From Eledone cirrhosa (Eukaryota), in the NCBI GenBank assembly GCA_964016885.1, contig OZ024745.1, forward strand, positions 49,662,001-49,726,000: a stretch of 64,000 bases of DNA. The letters run 5' to 3'. Below are positions 53,161 to 64,000 of this stretch, one piece after another; position 1 is the stretch's first letter, and every line of letters begins with the position of its first letter. The notes below the pieces were generated by a model that was given only the letters and a program-made list of their open reading frames with translations, did not search any database and was not told where the DNA came from. Made by a program: the position numbers and the translations under genes.

Positions 53161-54336
53161 GTGTGTGACACACACATATCATCATCACCGTTTAACGTAC
53201 ATTTTCCACGCTAGCATGGGTTAGACGAGTTGTCCCGCTGTGAGACAAGTCAGGTCTGATGACCATGCCTTGCTCATATAGAACTGGTTTTGGCTTGGTT
53301 TCTACGGCTGGATGCCCTTCTTAAAGCCAACTACATTTACAGTGAGTGCTGGGTGCTTTTTGTCATGACACCTATATAGTCCTGCCTGTAATGTGGTATT
53401 GGTAGTGCCACAAAAAACTTCCAGTACATGCTGAAATGTGGTTGGCATTAAGAAGGGCATCCAGCCTTAGAAAATCAAGCCAAAACGGATTGTATCAGCA
53501 AGACCTGATCTGTCTACCTTCATAACATGACAGCCTGTCTAACCAATACAAGCATGGAAAATATTAGTCAGTGAAAGAAGTAACTACAGAGGCATAAAAC
53601 TGTTGGATCAAGTTATGAAAGTGGTGGAAAGAGTGACATCACAACTAATTAGGGAAAGAGTCAAATTAGATAAAATGCAGTTCCATTTTTGCCAAGAAAT
53701 AACAACACAGATGCTCTCAGTGACTTTCGTAAACCTTGTGTGTATATATATATATAAATCAGGATGGATTCAGTTTGAAACTGGTTAGACCATTACTCAC
53801 CACTCGATACTTGGAGTAGTAGAGTATGGTTATATTATAAAGAATTTATGGGTGACTTTCACTAAAAACAGATAAATACATAAAATATTAGGACTAGAAA
53901 TAAATAGACAACAGACCTAGGACCTTATTAATACAAAATCATTATAAAATGTGCAAGAAGTTAATGTTGGAAAAATTCAAGGTTTTATCAAAGGAATCTG
54001 GTTGATTCTAATGGATGAAAGACAGAGGGATAGGCAGAAAAGGGGGAAAGAAGAAAATGAGTGTGTGGAATATATATATATAAAGTCATCATCATCATCA
54101 TCATTTTACGTCTGCTTTTCTTTGCTTGCAAGGGTGGGACTAAAAAAATCTCACGAGACGGATCATCATATATATATTCGTGTCTGTTTACATCTGGTAA
54201 TTTAGAGGGTTGATAAAAAGATATCAATAAAATAAGTATCCGGTTTGAAAAAATAAGTACTGGTGTCTTAATATTAATAAATAAAAGCTTCCATCAGTTT
54301 GTTATGTAATCTGTAGTCTTTTGCTGTTTATTTCAG

Positions 54337-54431
54337 ATGATTTTAAACCAGCATCTGTTGATGTAACTAAAGAAGCTGCTCTAGAAGTTGGTGAGAAGAA
54401 CCAAGTTACGATAACTGTGCCACATATTGAG
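54337..54431 (+). CDS. EAF: EAF exon 2 (DFKPASVDVTKEAALEVGEKNQVTITVPHIE)
   Basis: YDFKPAS signature; AG/GT boundaries; phase 1 to 0. Confidence 0.95.
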
Positions 54432-55564
54432 GTAAGTTACGATTTGAAAGCCAGTGTTATTAGGACTGTTTGGTGGAGAATTTCCATTTTATTTTTGTAG
54501 TCTAGTGTTGTTACTATGCTGCCAAAGATCAAACTAACTGCCCACTGCATTCTCATAATTATCAGTTTTTCCAAGCTGGTATGTCTTGGACAAGACATTT
54601 GTGGCAGAATGCTACTGCCAGATGCCTTTCCTGATGTCATCTCTCACTTGTTTGGGTTTTTTTTTTTTATAAAGCAAAGTATATAACGTTATTTACTATA
54701 GTTTGTGTGACTGATTTAAAAAACAACTCACTTTGATCATACTCCATGGTTGTTAAGAGTGCAACAAGCTTGTAAAAGTGATCAATGAGATACCCACCCA
54801 CTCTCTTTGTCTCCTGCCTAGTTCAGTGGCTCCCAAACTCTGTGCCACAGCATATTGGTGCATGATAATGTGATTAGATGCACCATGAGATGTAATTAAG
54901 TGCACTGCAAAAAAGCAAGTTTCAATTTCAAAATGTGTTAAATATAGATTGAAATTCATAATAAAGTTCATATGTAACTGTCAAAGTAAGGAAACAACTA
55001 AACTAAGAATGAAAACATTGCCAAGTGCATGTTTCTCATTGATAACTTTTCTCCATTTATTGACTAAAGAAAGAAGTACAAATAATTTTTCTGAATTTTA
55101 ATTATCTATATTTCTACTTTATGCTATGCTAAGATGTATAAATACTTCTTTTGAATGAATTTTCGAATTTAGGTACAAAATGTACCAAGATATTTTTTAC
55201 TTGTTCTAAAGTGCACCATGAATAAAAAAAAAATTAAACTACAGAAGGAACAGGCTAGAATCAGCAAGAAAAGAAGATACTGTTTAGTTTGACTCTTGTC
55301 TGGTTCTTTGAGAGCTTATGGAAGGCAGTAGTGAATAAGCCAAATCCCTCACATACAAGCAGGGTAAAATGGGATGTAAAATAGTTAACAAAGTAAATAG
55401 ATTATAGAATAGGTGCAGGCTTGTCTGTGGTTAAGTGGTTCATTTCACAATCATATGATCTCGGCTTTTATTGCACTGCATGTCATTTGTCTTCTGTAGC
55501 TTTAGGCCAATCAGTGTCTTGTGAGTAAATTTAGTAGATGGATACTCTAAGGGAGCATATCATC

Positions 55565-55750
55565 TTCATCTTGGCAGTATTGGTAGAGGGTCGGACGCTA
55601 TGCTTTGACGCATAGAGTTACGGCCCTTGCCATTCTGAGTTCGAATCCTGCCGAAGTTAACTTTGCCTTTCATCCTTACGGGGGTCGATAAAATAAAGTA
55701 CCAGTAATGCACTGGGTAATTGCTGATCTTGAGCCAAAAAGTAGAAAGAA
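55565..55750 (+). mobile_element. tRNA-derived SINE in an EAF intron
   Basis: TGGCAGTATTGG...GAGTTCGAATCC; same family as 1178-1362. Confidence 0.85.
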
Positions 55751-55821
55751 TTATTTCATGTCTGCTTTCCATGTTTTCTTTCTCTCCCTTGCCTTCTCTC
55801 TCTCTCCCCATCTCTCTCTTT

Positions 55822-55875
<54 letters not shown>

Positions 55876-56126
55876 TATGTATGTGTCTGTGTGTTTATCT
55901 CTCTCTTCTCTTTGCATTCAGCATCATAGGCAGTGATATTTGTTTATGTTTCATGTAAATGGAGGCCCTGAAGCTCAGCAGTTTGTCGTACAAAGATCAT
56001 ACCTTACAAAACAAGTGAGCTTAGACCTGCCTCAGAAAGTCTCATCCAGTTCATGCCAGACACAAAACTGATGCTGATTTTGTTAAGAAATTACTCATTG
56101 GGAGTTTATTTTCCATTCTTCTTCAG

Positions 56127-56263
56127 AGTTCAGGTACAACACACACTGTGTATAAAGGAAATAAAAGGATGTGCCCTAAAGAGTGTGTTCTTATTATTGA
56201 TAATGCCACTGGATCTGTTACATTGGAAAAACTCTCAAACACCATACAAGTGAAGAAAACTAG
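56127..56263 (+). CDS. EAF: EAF exon 3 ([46 protein letters not shown])
   Basis: Matches TVFKGNKRP..KDCVLII..TG..LEKLSS.IQVKKTR; phase 0 to 2. Confidence 0.95.
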
Positions 56264-57321
56264 GTAAGTACAACTTAACCTTTTCATTAACATAGTTCTA
56301 ATGAAAAGACATTGCCTACATTTTTCAAATATTGAAAATAATTAAGAATTAGGAGAAATTTAGTAATGTTGTTAACTTTCTTATTATTAAGCTAGTGTAT
56401 AAAATTATGATGGAAAGTTTTTAGATAAATACTAGACCACCTGTAACCCAACGGGTCATGGGTAGTCTAGTAATATATATGTATATAGAGGGTTATAATA
56501 TATAGAAAGAGAGGGGGTTATAATGTATAGAGAGAGTGTTATTGGTTATCATGGAGCTGTTGGCTATTTATGAAGGTACCTGGAAAAACTCTGTATCTTG
56601 GGAATTTATGCTCCAATTTACGTGAAATTTGTTTTATTCCATTTGTATTCCCATTTCAGGGGCAACCTCCTTTCAAAGTATTTTCCTATTATGTGCCGTT
56701 TTGGCTGTATTACATTACAGACAAGCACATAACCACAGAGTTTTAGTAGTATATAAATAAACATTTGTATCATAGAACCAAGAGCAGTGTCAGGCAGTTT
56801 AGTGTCAAAGGGATTAACTGCATGTAAAGCTGGATGCCACCCCAACGGTTGAGCAACATGTAGCTCCACCTTCCTCCTCTCTTCACTACTTCACACCATC
56901 TAGGCCAAGGATACAATGAGCCCCTAAATGCCATAATGAAGTTGTGCTGGTGCCACAACAAAAAGCACCTATAAAGTCGTAATACTAATGTTATGACAGA
57001 AAGTACTCAATTCACCTTGTAATGTGGTAGTGCTAGTGCCACAAAAATGGTTCCAGTTCACACTCTAAAGTGGTTGGCATTAGGAAGGGCATCCAGCTGT
57101 AGTAACCAAACCAAAAAACAGAACGTGACAATCTGTTTAACCCATGCAAGTATGGGAAATAGACATTAAACAGTGATGATACATCATCATCATCCACTTT
57201 CCCTGCTAGCAAGGGGTGGACACATATATATGTGTTAATTGAAGATGATGATAAATATCGTCTGTTATCTCTACTAGCAAGGGTTGGCTGGGTCATCACA
57301 GATCAAGTCAGTACCCACCTC

Positions 57322-57548
57322 TTAACCCTTTAATGTTCAAACCGGCCAAAACCAGCCAGAATTCTCTACCTCTTTCTGTTGAAACTGGCTGTAACTGGCC
57401 ACTCATATTGATGTTAAGGTATTGTTCTCAAAATAAATACTTTCAAAATCTCATAGATTCGATATTATGTGACATATTATGCGAGGTAAAGCCTATACCA
57501 TGAAAATATAATAGTATATATAGTGTAATGTGAATGTTAAAGGGTTAA
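57322..57548. mobile_element. piggyBac-type MITE with TTAA target duplication
   Basis: TTAA-CCCTTTAATGTTCA ... TGAATGTTAAAGGG-TTAA. Confidence 0.7.
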
Positions 57549-57599
57549 ACAGGTGGTGGGGAATGCACTTTTCGTTTGTATACCTTTCCACACTACAGA

Positions 57600-57630
<31 letters not shown>

Positions 57631-57789
57631 CATATATATATAAATATTCATATACATATACATTTGTCCCACCCTTGCAAGCAGGGAAAAAGCGGACGTA
57701 AAATGATGATGATGATGATGATGATGATGATACATACACAGACTCACATATATAAATATATATATATTTTTCTTTTTTAAATCTTTTAG

Positions 57790-57956
57790 AGCTGAAGGGT
57801 CTAGTCGTCTTTCTATGCGACCGCTCACTCCTGTTGACAGCAGTAAAATGAAAACATCACCTCCAAAAAGTGGCAAAATGTCTCAACACAGTCCGTCTTC
57901 CTTTAAAGAGTGCTCTCCAGCTTTGACTCCAGTTGAACCTGCTGAAAACAACAGGG
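57790..57956 (+). CDS. EAF: EAF exon 4 (AEGSSRLSMRPLTP...PAENNR)
   Basis: RAEGSS motif; phase 2 to 1. Confidence 0.92.
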
Positions 57957-59165
57957 GTAAGTAATTTAAGGTGGTCATGCTGGTGACACAATAGAAAGCC
58001 CCTAGTCCACCCTGTATGACCGGTTTGGCATTATGAAAAGCATTCAGCTATAGAAACCAAGCCAAAATACAAATATTTATGAACAAGTGGTCAGCTGACC
58101 CCACATATGTCTTAACATGACACATATATATATAGTTTGGGATAAGGTGATAAAGGCTGATCTCAGACAAGTTTGAAAAGATGAACACGTTCTCCCACAA
58201 TGCTGCTGAAGTGGCTAATGGTTAATAGCTCCCAGTCCACCCTGTAAGTTGGCCATGCTGGTGACACAACAAAACCATCCCGATACAGTGTGCAAGAGAG
58301 AAGACTCTATTGGTATGGACATGTGAGTGTATGGATGACAATCATTGGATGAAGACGTCCTAAAAGATGTTAGTGGAAGGTGGCTGCAGTAGAGGAAGAC
58401 CAAAAACAACTTCGGTAGAGGTGGTTAGAGCTGGTTTCAAAATGCTGAACCTCACAAAGGAATATGAATGGAAGCAGACCGCTGGAGAACCCATCCAATC
58501 CATGCAAGTATGGAAAAAGAGACATAAAATTATGATGATAATATATGTATATATATCATCATTTTTATATCTATTTTACATGCTTTAATGGGCTAAACAT
58601 GTCTTCTCTAGTACAGTATCTCACTACTTGCTTCTTTGTGAGATTCAGTTTCTTGAGATCAATTTTCACATTGCTCACATCCTTCTTGGTTTTCCTCTTC
58701 CACAGCTTCCTTCCACTACTCTTTGCCCTTTACATGACCTTACCAGTGTACACTTCTCTTTGGTACTCTACAGCTGGTTCCTCTTATGCCTAGTTTTTTT
58801 TCTCAACTCATCTGTGCTCTATCATTCATGCATATTAATATTTTACATCCAATGGAGTGTGTTTGCTTCATTTCTCTCTAGTATATATATCAATATTTTT
58901 TTGATTGATTTATTAATTGGTTGATATTAGTTGTATTAATTTCATTGATAACCCTAAGCGTTTTGTTCGATTATTGTGACCACACCACTAAATGAGTTTA
59001 TTCTGTTTCTGAAATTTATTTCAGTTATCATTACACTGCCATAGATACCTATATAAGTTTAACTGGCTTCCTATATGGTTGCATCTCATATGAGGTATCT
59101 CATGGACGCCTTCATATGATGATGATGATGATGGTGGTGGTGATGATTCAGGTTTTTTTTTCCAG

Positions 59166-59318
59166 ATAATGGTACCAGTTCTTTAAATGTGTGTGCTCCA
59201 GTAGCATTGACAGATAACATGTCGGAGAGCAGCAGTAGCAGTTCCTCATCAAGTGGCAGTGATGTATCGAGTGATTCAGAATCAGACAACTCTGATTCAG
59301 AGGCAGGGCATAACAAAA
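59166..59318 (+). CDS. EAF: EAF exon 5 (Ser/Asp/Glu-rich acidic region)
   Basis: MSESSSSSSSSSGSDVSSDSESDNSDSE; CAG/GTAAGT; phase 1 to 1. Confidence 0.9.
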
Positions 59319-60449
59319 GTAAGTATTACTTAAAAAATTTATTGTTTAAAGATTTGTACTTTTTTTTTTTTTGTAAACATAGTTATAGGTATGGCTGAAT
59401 TGTTAAGGAGTGTTTTCTGCTATTATCTTGAGTCCATGTGTTGACCAATACAGTGTGAGTGAAATTTAGTAGATAAAAACTACAGAAGTCCATCATATAT
59501 ATGTCTGGGGTTGGCTGTGTGATTAAAGAGCTTACTTCACAAACATGGTTCTGAGTTCAGTCCTGCTGCATAGCACCTATCATTTCAGATTTCAGATGAT
59601 GCAATGCTTTTTAAGTGACATTTGTGTCTGTGATAATTTTACATTACTTGGTTGTTCAACAAAAAAGAGACCGTTAAAATAAGTACCAAACTAGAAATAC
59701 TAAGTACTGAGTTGATATCGTTGAATAAGTCCATTTAAGGCACTACTCTAGCATAGCTGCATTCAAGTGACTGAAACTAGTAGAAGGCTGGAAGAATATT
59801 CACATACATTCACAAAGTAAAAACATTTTATATTAACTATTAATAGACATTTGCCATTAATATCAATGGTAATAGTGTTGAACATATTTAATTTTTGGAG
59901 TCCTGAATTGGTATGTTATATATACCAGGTTTACTGGAATAGTATATAATAACTAGTTATCCAGTGCCATCAATAATGACGGCAATCACGGTGAACATAT
60001 TCAATTTTTAGAGTTTGGGATTGGTATGTCATATATACAAGGAAAACCAGGTACATGGTTCAACTTGGGAAATTTGCGTTTTGATAAATTAATGGTTTGC
60101 ATGAAAGAAATCTTATAGTTTATGTTGATTAATGACAAGGGGAAGTGATTAATGATAAGAATTATATTTTAATAATTTAGTTCTAGCATGTAATTATACA
60201 AAATATTCAGCATATATGTATAAATGACATACAGGATTCAATGTCTAAGTAACTTTGGAGAATAACTATTTCCAAAGACAAATATACGGTTAGGACCCAG
60301 TGCCTTGTGACAGGAAAGCAAAATTCTCATTGTAGCAACATGACTGAGGTAGGAAACACGTTGCATATATGATTGTGTGAATTTTAAAGAGTTACACACA
60401 CATATATATAACACACACACATATATATATATATATATTGTTTACTCGA

Positions 60450-61046
60450 GAGAAGACTACGTTGGTACGGTCACGTGATGCGCATGAAAGACGACAGTTG
60501 TATAAAAAAGTGCAGGGCGATAAAAATAGACGGTAGCCATGGGGTAGGCAGACCCAGAAAAACCTGGGACGACTTGATAAATTCCGACCTCACACACTTA
60601 CACTTCTCCAAGACAATGTCACTGGATCGAGATCTTTGGCGCTACACAGTAATACAGAAGACCCGCCTTGCCTAAGTACAAAGCGAAACCTACAGTCAGT
60701 AGGCACCTCTAACAAAAATACACCCCTGTCCCACTATCCCCACCCCATCCACACCACTCCTTTCAATGTAAAGTTATGTTGGTACCACAACATCCAGTCC
60801 GAAACAAATGAGGTCGTGTAGGTGTCACAACAAAAAAACACAGTCCATGCTGTAATGTGGCCGTGTAGGTAACACGGTAAAAACCTCCCAGTCCACACTG
60901 TAAACGTGGTTGGTGTTAGGAAGGGCATCCAGCCGTAGAAAACCCGCCAGACAATACAAGACAAACAATCTTGCCTCAAGTGGGAAAATTCCTGTCCAAA
61001 CCCATGCAAGCGTGGAAGATGGATGTTAAACGATGATGATGATGAT
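60450..61046 (+). mobile_element. RTE LINE 3' fragment in an EAF intron
   Basis: LRWYGHVMRMKDDSCIKKCR..GRPRKTW; (GAT)n tail. Confidence 0.88.
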
Positions 61047-61145
61047 ATATACAAACAAACACACATGGCATGTTATTTTGCTTGATTTTACTCTTGCCAA
61101 TAATTATGCTATCTTCCTTACATTTTTTTACTTTTCTTACACTAG

Positions 61146-61193
61146 ATACTTCTGCTCCCTGTGAAGTTCCATCAAAAGACCTTTGTACATTAA
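61146..61193 (+). CDS. EAF: EAF exon 6 (TSAPCEVPSKDLCTL)
   Basis: Pyrimidine tract + TAG acceptor, GTAAGT donor, 48 nt, phase 1 to 1. Confidence 0.75.
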   Translation: MLLLPVKFHQKTFVH

Positions 61194-62454
61194 GTAAGTA
61201 TCATTTACACCTGTGTTCCCATTTCTTCATTACAGCTTTAGTAATATAAACTTGGTCAACATTTAACTCTGTTTGCTTCTTCTTTATGTCTTATTGGCAG
61301 CAGTGGTATATTTGTACAGTTCTCAATATTAAATTGTAGAAGAAACAGAGGACATGTGGACTTCATAAATTGCAGTGAAGGCAGTCCATTTAAACAATAA
61401 CTGCAAACTACTCAAGTGCCAGTGGCACAAGAAAATATATCCTGTTCATATTGTAACACAGCAAACTCATCAACAATGATTTTTTATTTTACTTAGTAGG
61501 TCCAGGGCAGCTTCTGTGATCATCACATACCTTTTGAGACTAGAGAGAGGGTGATGTGGTTGATGTTCTGTTTAAACTGGTGCAAGTCCACCTTTTTAGT
61601 TTTAGAAAGTCATAAGTAGGGAAGGAGTTCCATAAACCCAACTTTACTTCCTGGGCGAGAAAGACTTGGCAGAATAGTTAAAGGCTTGAGCGTTTGGACA
61701 CAATTTGAGTACTGAAAGGAGGAGAGTTGAGAGTACCTGAATGGAAGGGACATGAACTCAACAAGCTCTAATGAGCAGATACCACTGTACTAATGGTACA
61801 AGTGGAAAAGGGAGTAGGTGGCACAACTAAGTGAAAGGCTGGAGAATGTCAATGTATCACTTTATGTCAACTGGCAGTTTTCTCTTCTGTTATGTGCATT
61901 AAATGATAATGGAATGTGACAAATAGCAAAACACTCGTGACAGCATGAAAAAAATGGTCATAAAATGATGATGATGACTATTATTATTATCATTTTTATT
62001 GGTTGTTAAGGGTGATGGATTAGCAGAATTTTTAGAGTATCTGACAAATGCTTTGCAGCATTTAGTTACAGTCCTTTACATTCTGATTTCAAATCCTGTC
62101 AAGGCCAAATTTGCCTTTCACCCTTCTGGGGTCAATAAAATAAAGTACCAATCAAGAACTAGGGTCAAAATAATTGACTTTTCTCTTCTGCCTGAATTAC
62201 TGGCCTTGTGCCTGTTTGAAACAATTATTGATGGTTGTTAAATAAGGACACTGAACCTTGAAAACGTGTGAATTTATTAAATTTGAAGACATTTTATTAA
62301 TAATTAATTGATATTAAGTTTTTGTTATGTTCAACAACAACAACAATCAAATATAACATATAAAATATAGAAAACAAAAGAAGAAAATACTGATACAGTT
62401 GCATGTCATGCCCTCTTTATGAATGTCCTTTCACACCAACGTCTACAATATGAC

Positions 62455-62560
62455 GGTATGTGGCTTAGTGGTTAGAATACTGGATTTATGATCATAAGGT
62501 CATAGGTTCAATTCCTGGATTTGTGTTCTTGAGCAAGACACTTCATTTCAGGTTGTTGTT
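62455..62560 (+). mobile_element. tRNA-head SINE (CORE-like); related copy at 63085-63350
   Basis: TGGCTTAGTGG...GGTTCAATTCC then GTGTTCTTGAGCAAGACACTT. Confidence 0.65.
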
Positions 62561-62784
62561 CATGATAGGACTGGGACCTCTATCATTAAAACACCCAAGA
62601 AACTTCCTATGAGATACAACTCCATTGAAGAACAGCTAAACCTGGATAGGTGTAAGCTGCAAATTTCATTTAATTTCTTTTCCTAACAATGTGAACTCCC
62701 CAACTCCAACTTCTCATTCTCTTTTCCAGCTGGAATAGTATGTCTCATTGTTGTTTATTTTTCATTCTTGTTTCTATTTTCAAG

Positions 62785-62828
62785 GTGAAGACTTACATTT
62801 GAGTGAATCAGGCAGTGATAGTGAATGA
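62785..62828 (+). CDS. EAF: EAF last coding exon (SEDLHLSESGSDSE*); total CDS 729 nt, 242 aa
   Basis: Matches the conserved EAF C-terminal DLQLSESGSDSD; AATAAA at 63033-63038. Confidence 0.92.
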
Positions 62829-64000
62829 ACCATCACCAATATGGCTCTGTAATATGGCTCTTGGCTGTGACATTTCTCTACTGACTGTCATCATAAGTGT
62901 TCTTCAGTATGTTCTTCCTTCTCTTGATCTCACCTCTCATACATACATAAGGATGACTGTATCTCACTTGTCATCACTACTACAACTTACATGGTGGTCT
63001 AGAGATCAGAGGAACATGTCATCATTGTATGAAATAAACCATTTCTTTTCAAAAGTCTGCGACTGTATAGTGTCTTTTACAGGATGCATGGCTTAGTGGT
63101 TAAAGTGTTTAGCTCACTGTCATAAATTCAATTCAATTCCTGGCTGCACGTTGTTTCCTGTTGCTCCAGTCTACTCAGCTGGCAAAAATGAGTTTTACCT
63201 GTAATTCAAAGGGCCCGCTTTGACATGTACTTTGTTGCGCTGAGAACTGCATATGGAATGCTCAGCCACTTGCATGTTAATTTCACCAGCTAGCTGTTCC
63301 ATTGTTCAAATAAATGGATACTCTTCATCAGAACTGACAGAGGTCCAACAACGGTATCTTTATATTCACCAACACACACACACAAACCCTCTGCTTTAGT
63401 TATCTTGAGTTAGAATTATCATTTTATATCCATTTTTCCATGCTTGCATGGATTGGATGATACCCAGAGCTTATCCGGTTGGGCAGAGCCTAGAACATAT
63501 CCCAATTCATTTCAGAGCTACCCTCCAGCTGTCGCTGGTACTAATTTTCTGTTGAATGAACTGGAGCAACATAAAATGAAGTGTCTTGCTCAAGGACATA
63601 TCACCTGGTTTGAAAATTTAACCCACAATCTTATGATCATGAGTCAAACACCTTAACTACTAGGCCGTGCTATCTAAATATCTAAAAATGAGTAAATGAG
63701 ATAACAATTTTGCAATGGTGCCATGTATCAAGTCTACTCTGTAAAGTGGTAGTGCTAGTTTCATGATAAAATGCACCCAGTATACACTGTAAAGTGATCA
63801 TTTGACTTGTCTAATCTCAGAATGTGATGACCTATCCAACCCTTACCAGCATGGAAAACAGATATAAAACAGTGTTGATGATGATAATGATGAGACTATT
63901 AACTTTGTTATCTGCATTTATATCTACACTATCTTTCACAGTGTGAGCTCATATGGTCATGAGAAAAATCAAAGCTGTACATATAGAATTTGTTGATAAT

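Noticed and set aside
55565-55660. Possible tRNA genes (also 62455-62520)
   Set aside because: A/B boxes run into SINE bodies; no complete cloverleaf

Overview
Animal (eukaryotic) genomic DNA, AT-rich and full of (TA)n/(CA)n microsatellites. The SINE/RTE/Penelope repertoire suggests a coleoid cephalopod (octopod); this is inferred, not proven. The first ~44 kb is mostly nested retroelements, many inserted in (TA)n tracts: two Penelope-like elements with inverted pseudo-LTRs, RTE LINEs, two CR1-group LINEs, CRE-clade remnants, a mariner relic and SINEs. At least 6-8 sequence-unrelated hammerhead-ribozyme motif families are scattered through it. Three host-type genes are visible: (1) a 387-aa orphan on the minus strand with a 5'-UTR intron; (2) a divergent, uninterrupted ORF for the N-terminal half of Pol II elongation factor ELL (45139-46308); (3) a 7-coding-exon EAF (ELL-associated factor) gene (51278-62828). 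Three top leads. (a) The ELL ORF ends in a GTAAGT donor whose phase joins in frame, with no stop, to the acceptor of the first EAF coding exon, predicting a ~640-aa ELL-EAF fusion of two known binding partners. (b) Two divergent RTE copies each have a single lesion, the same TAG at a probable Trp codon, a candidate amber/W site for A-to-I recoding. (c) A dense set of hammerhead motifs, including U3-A8 compensatory core variants.
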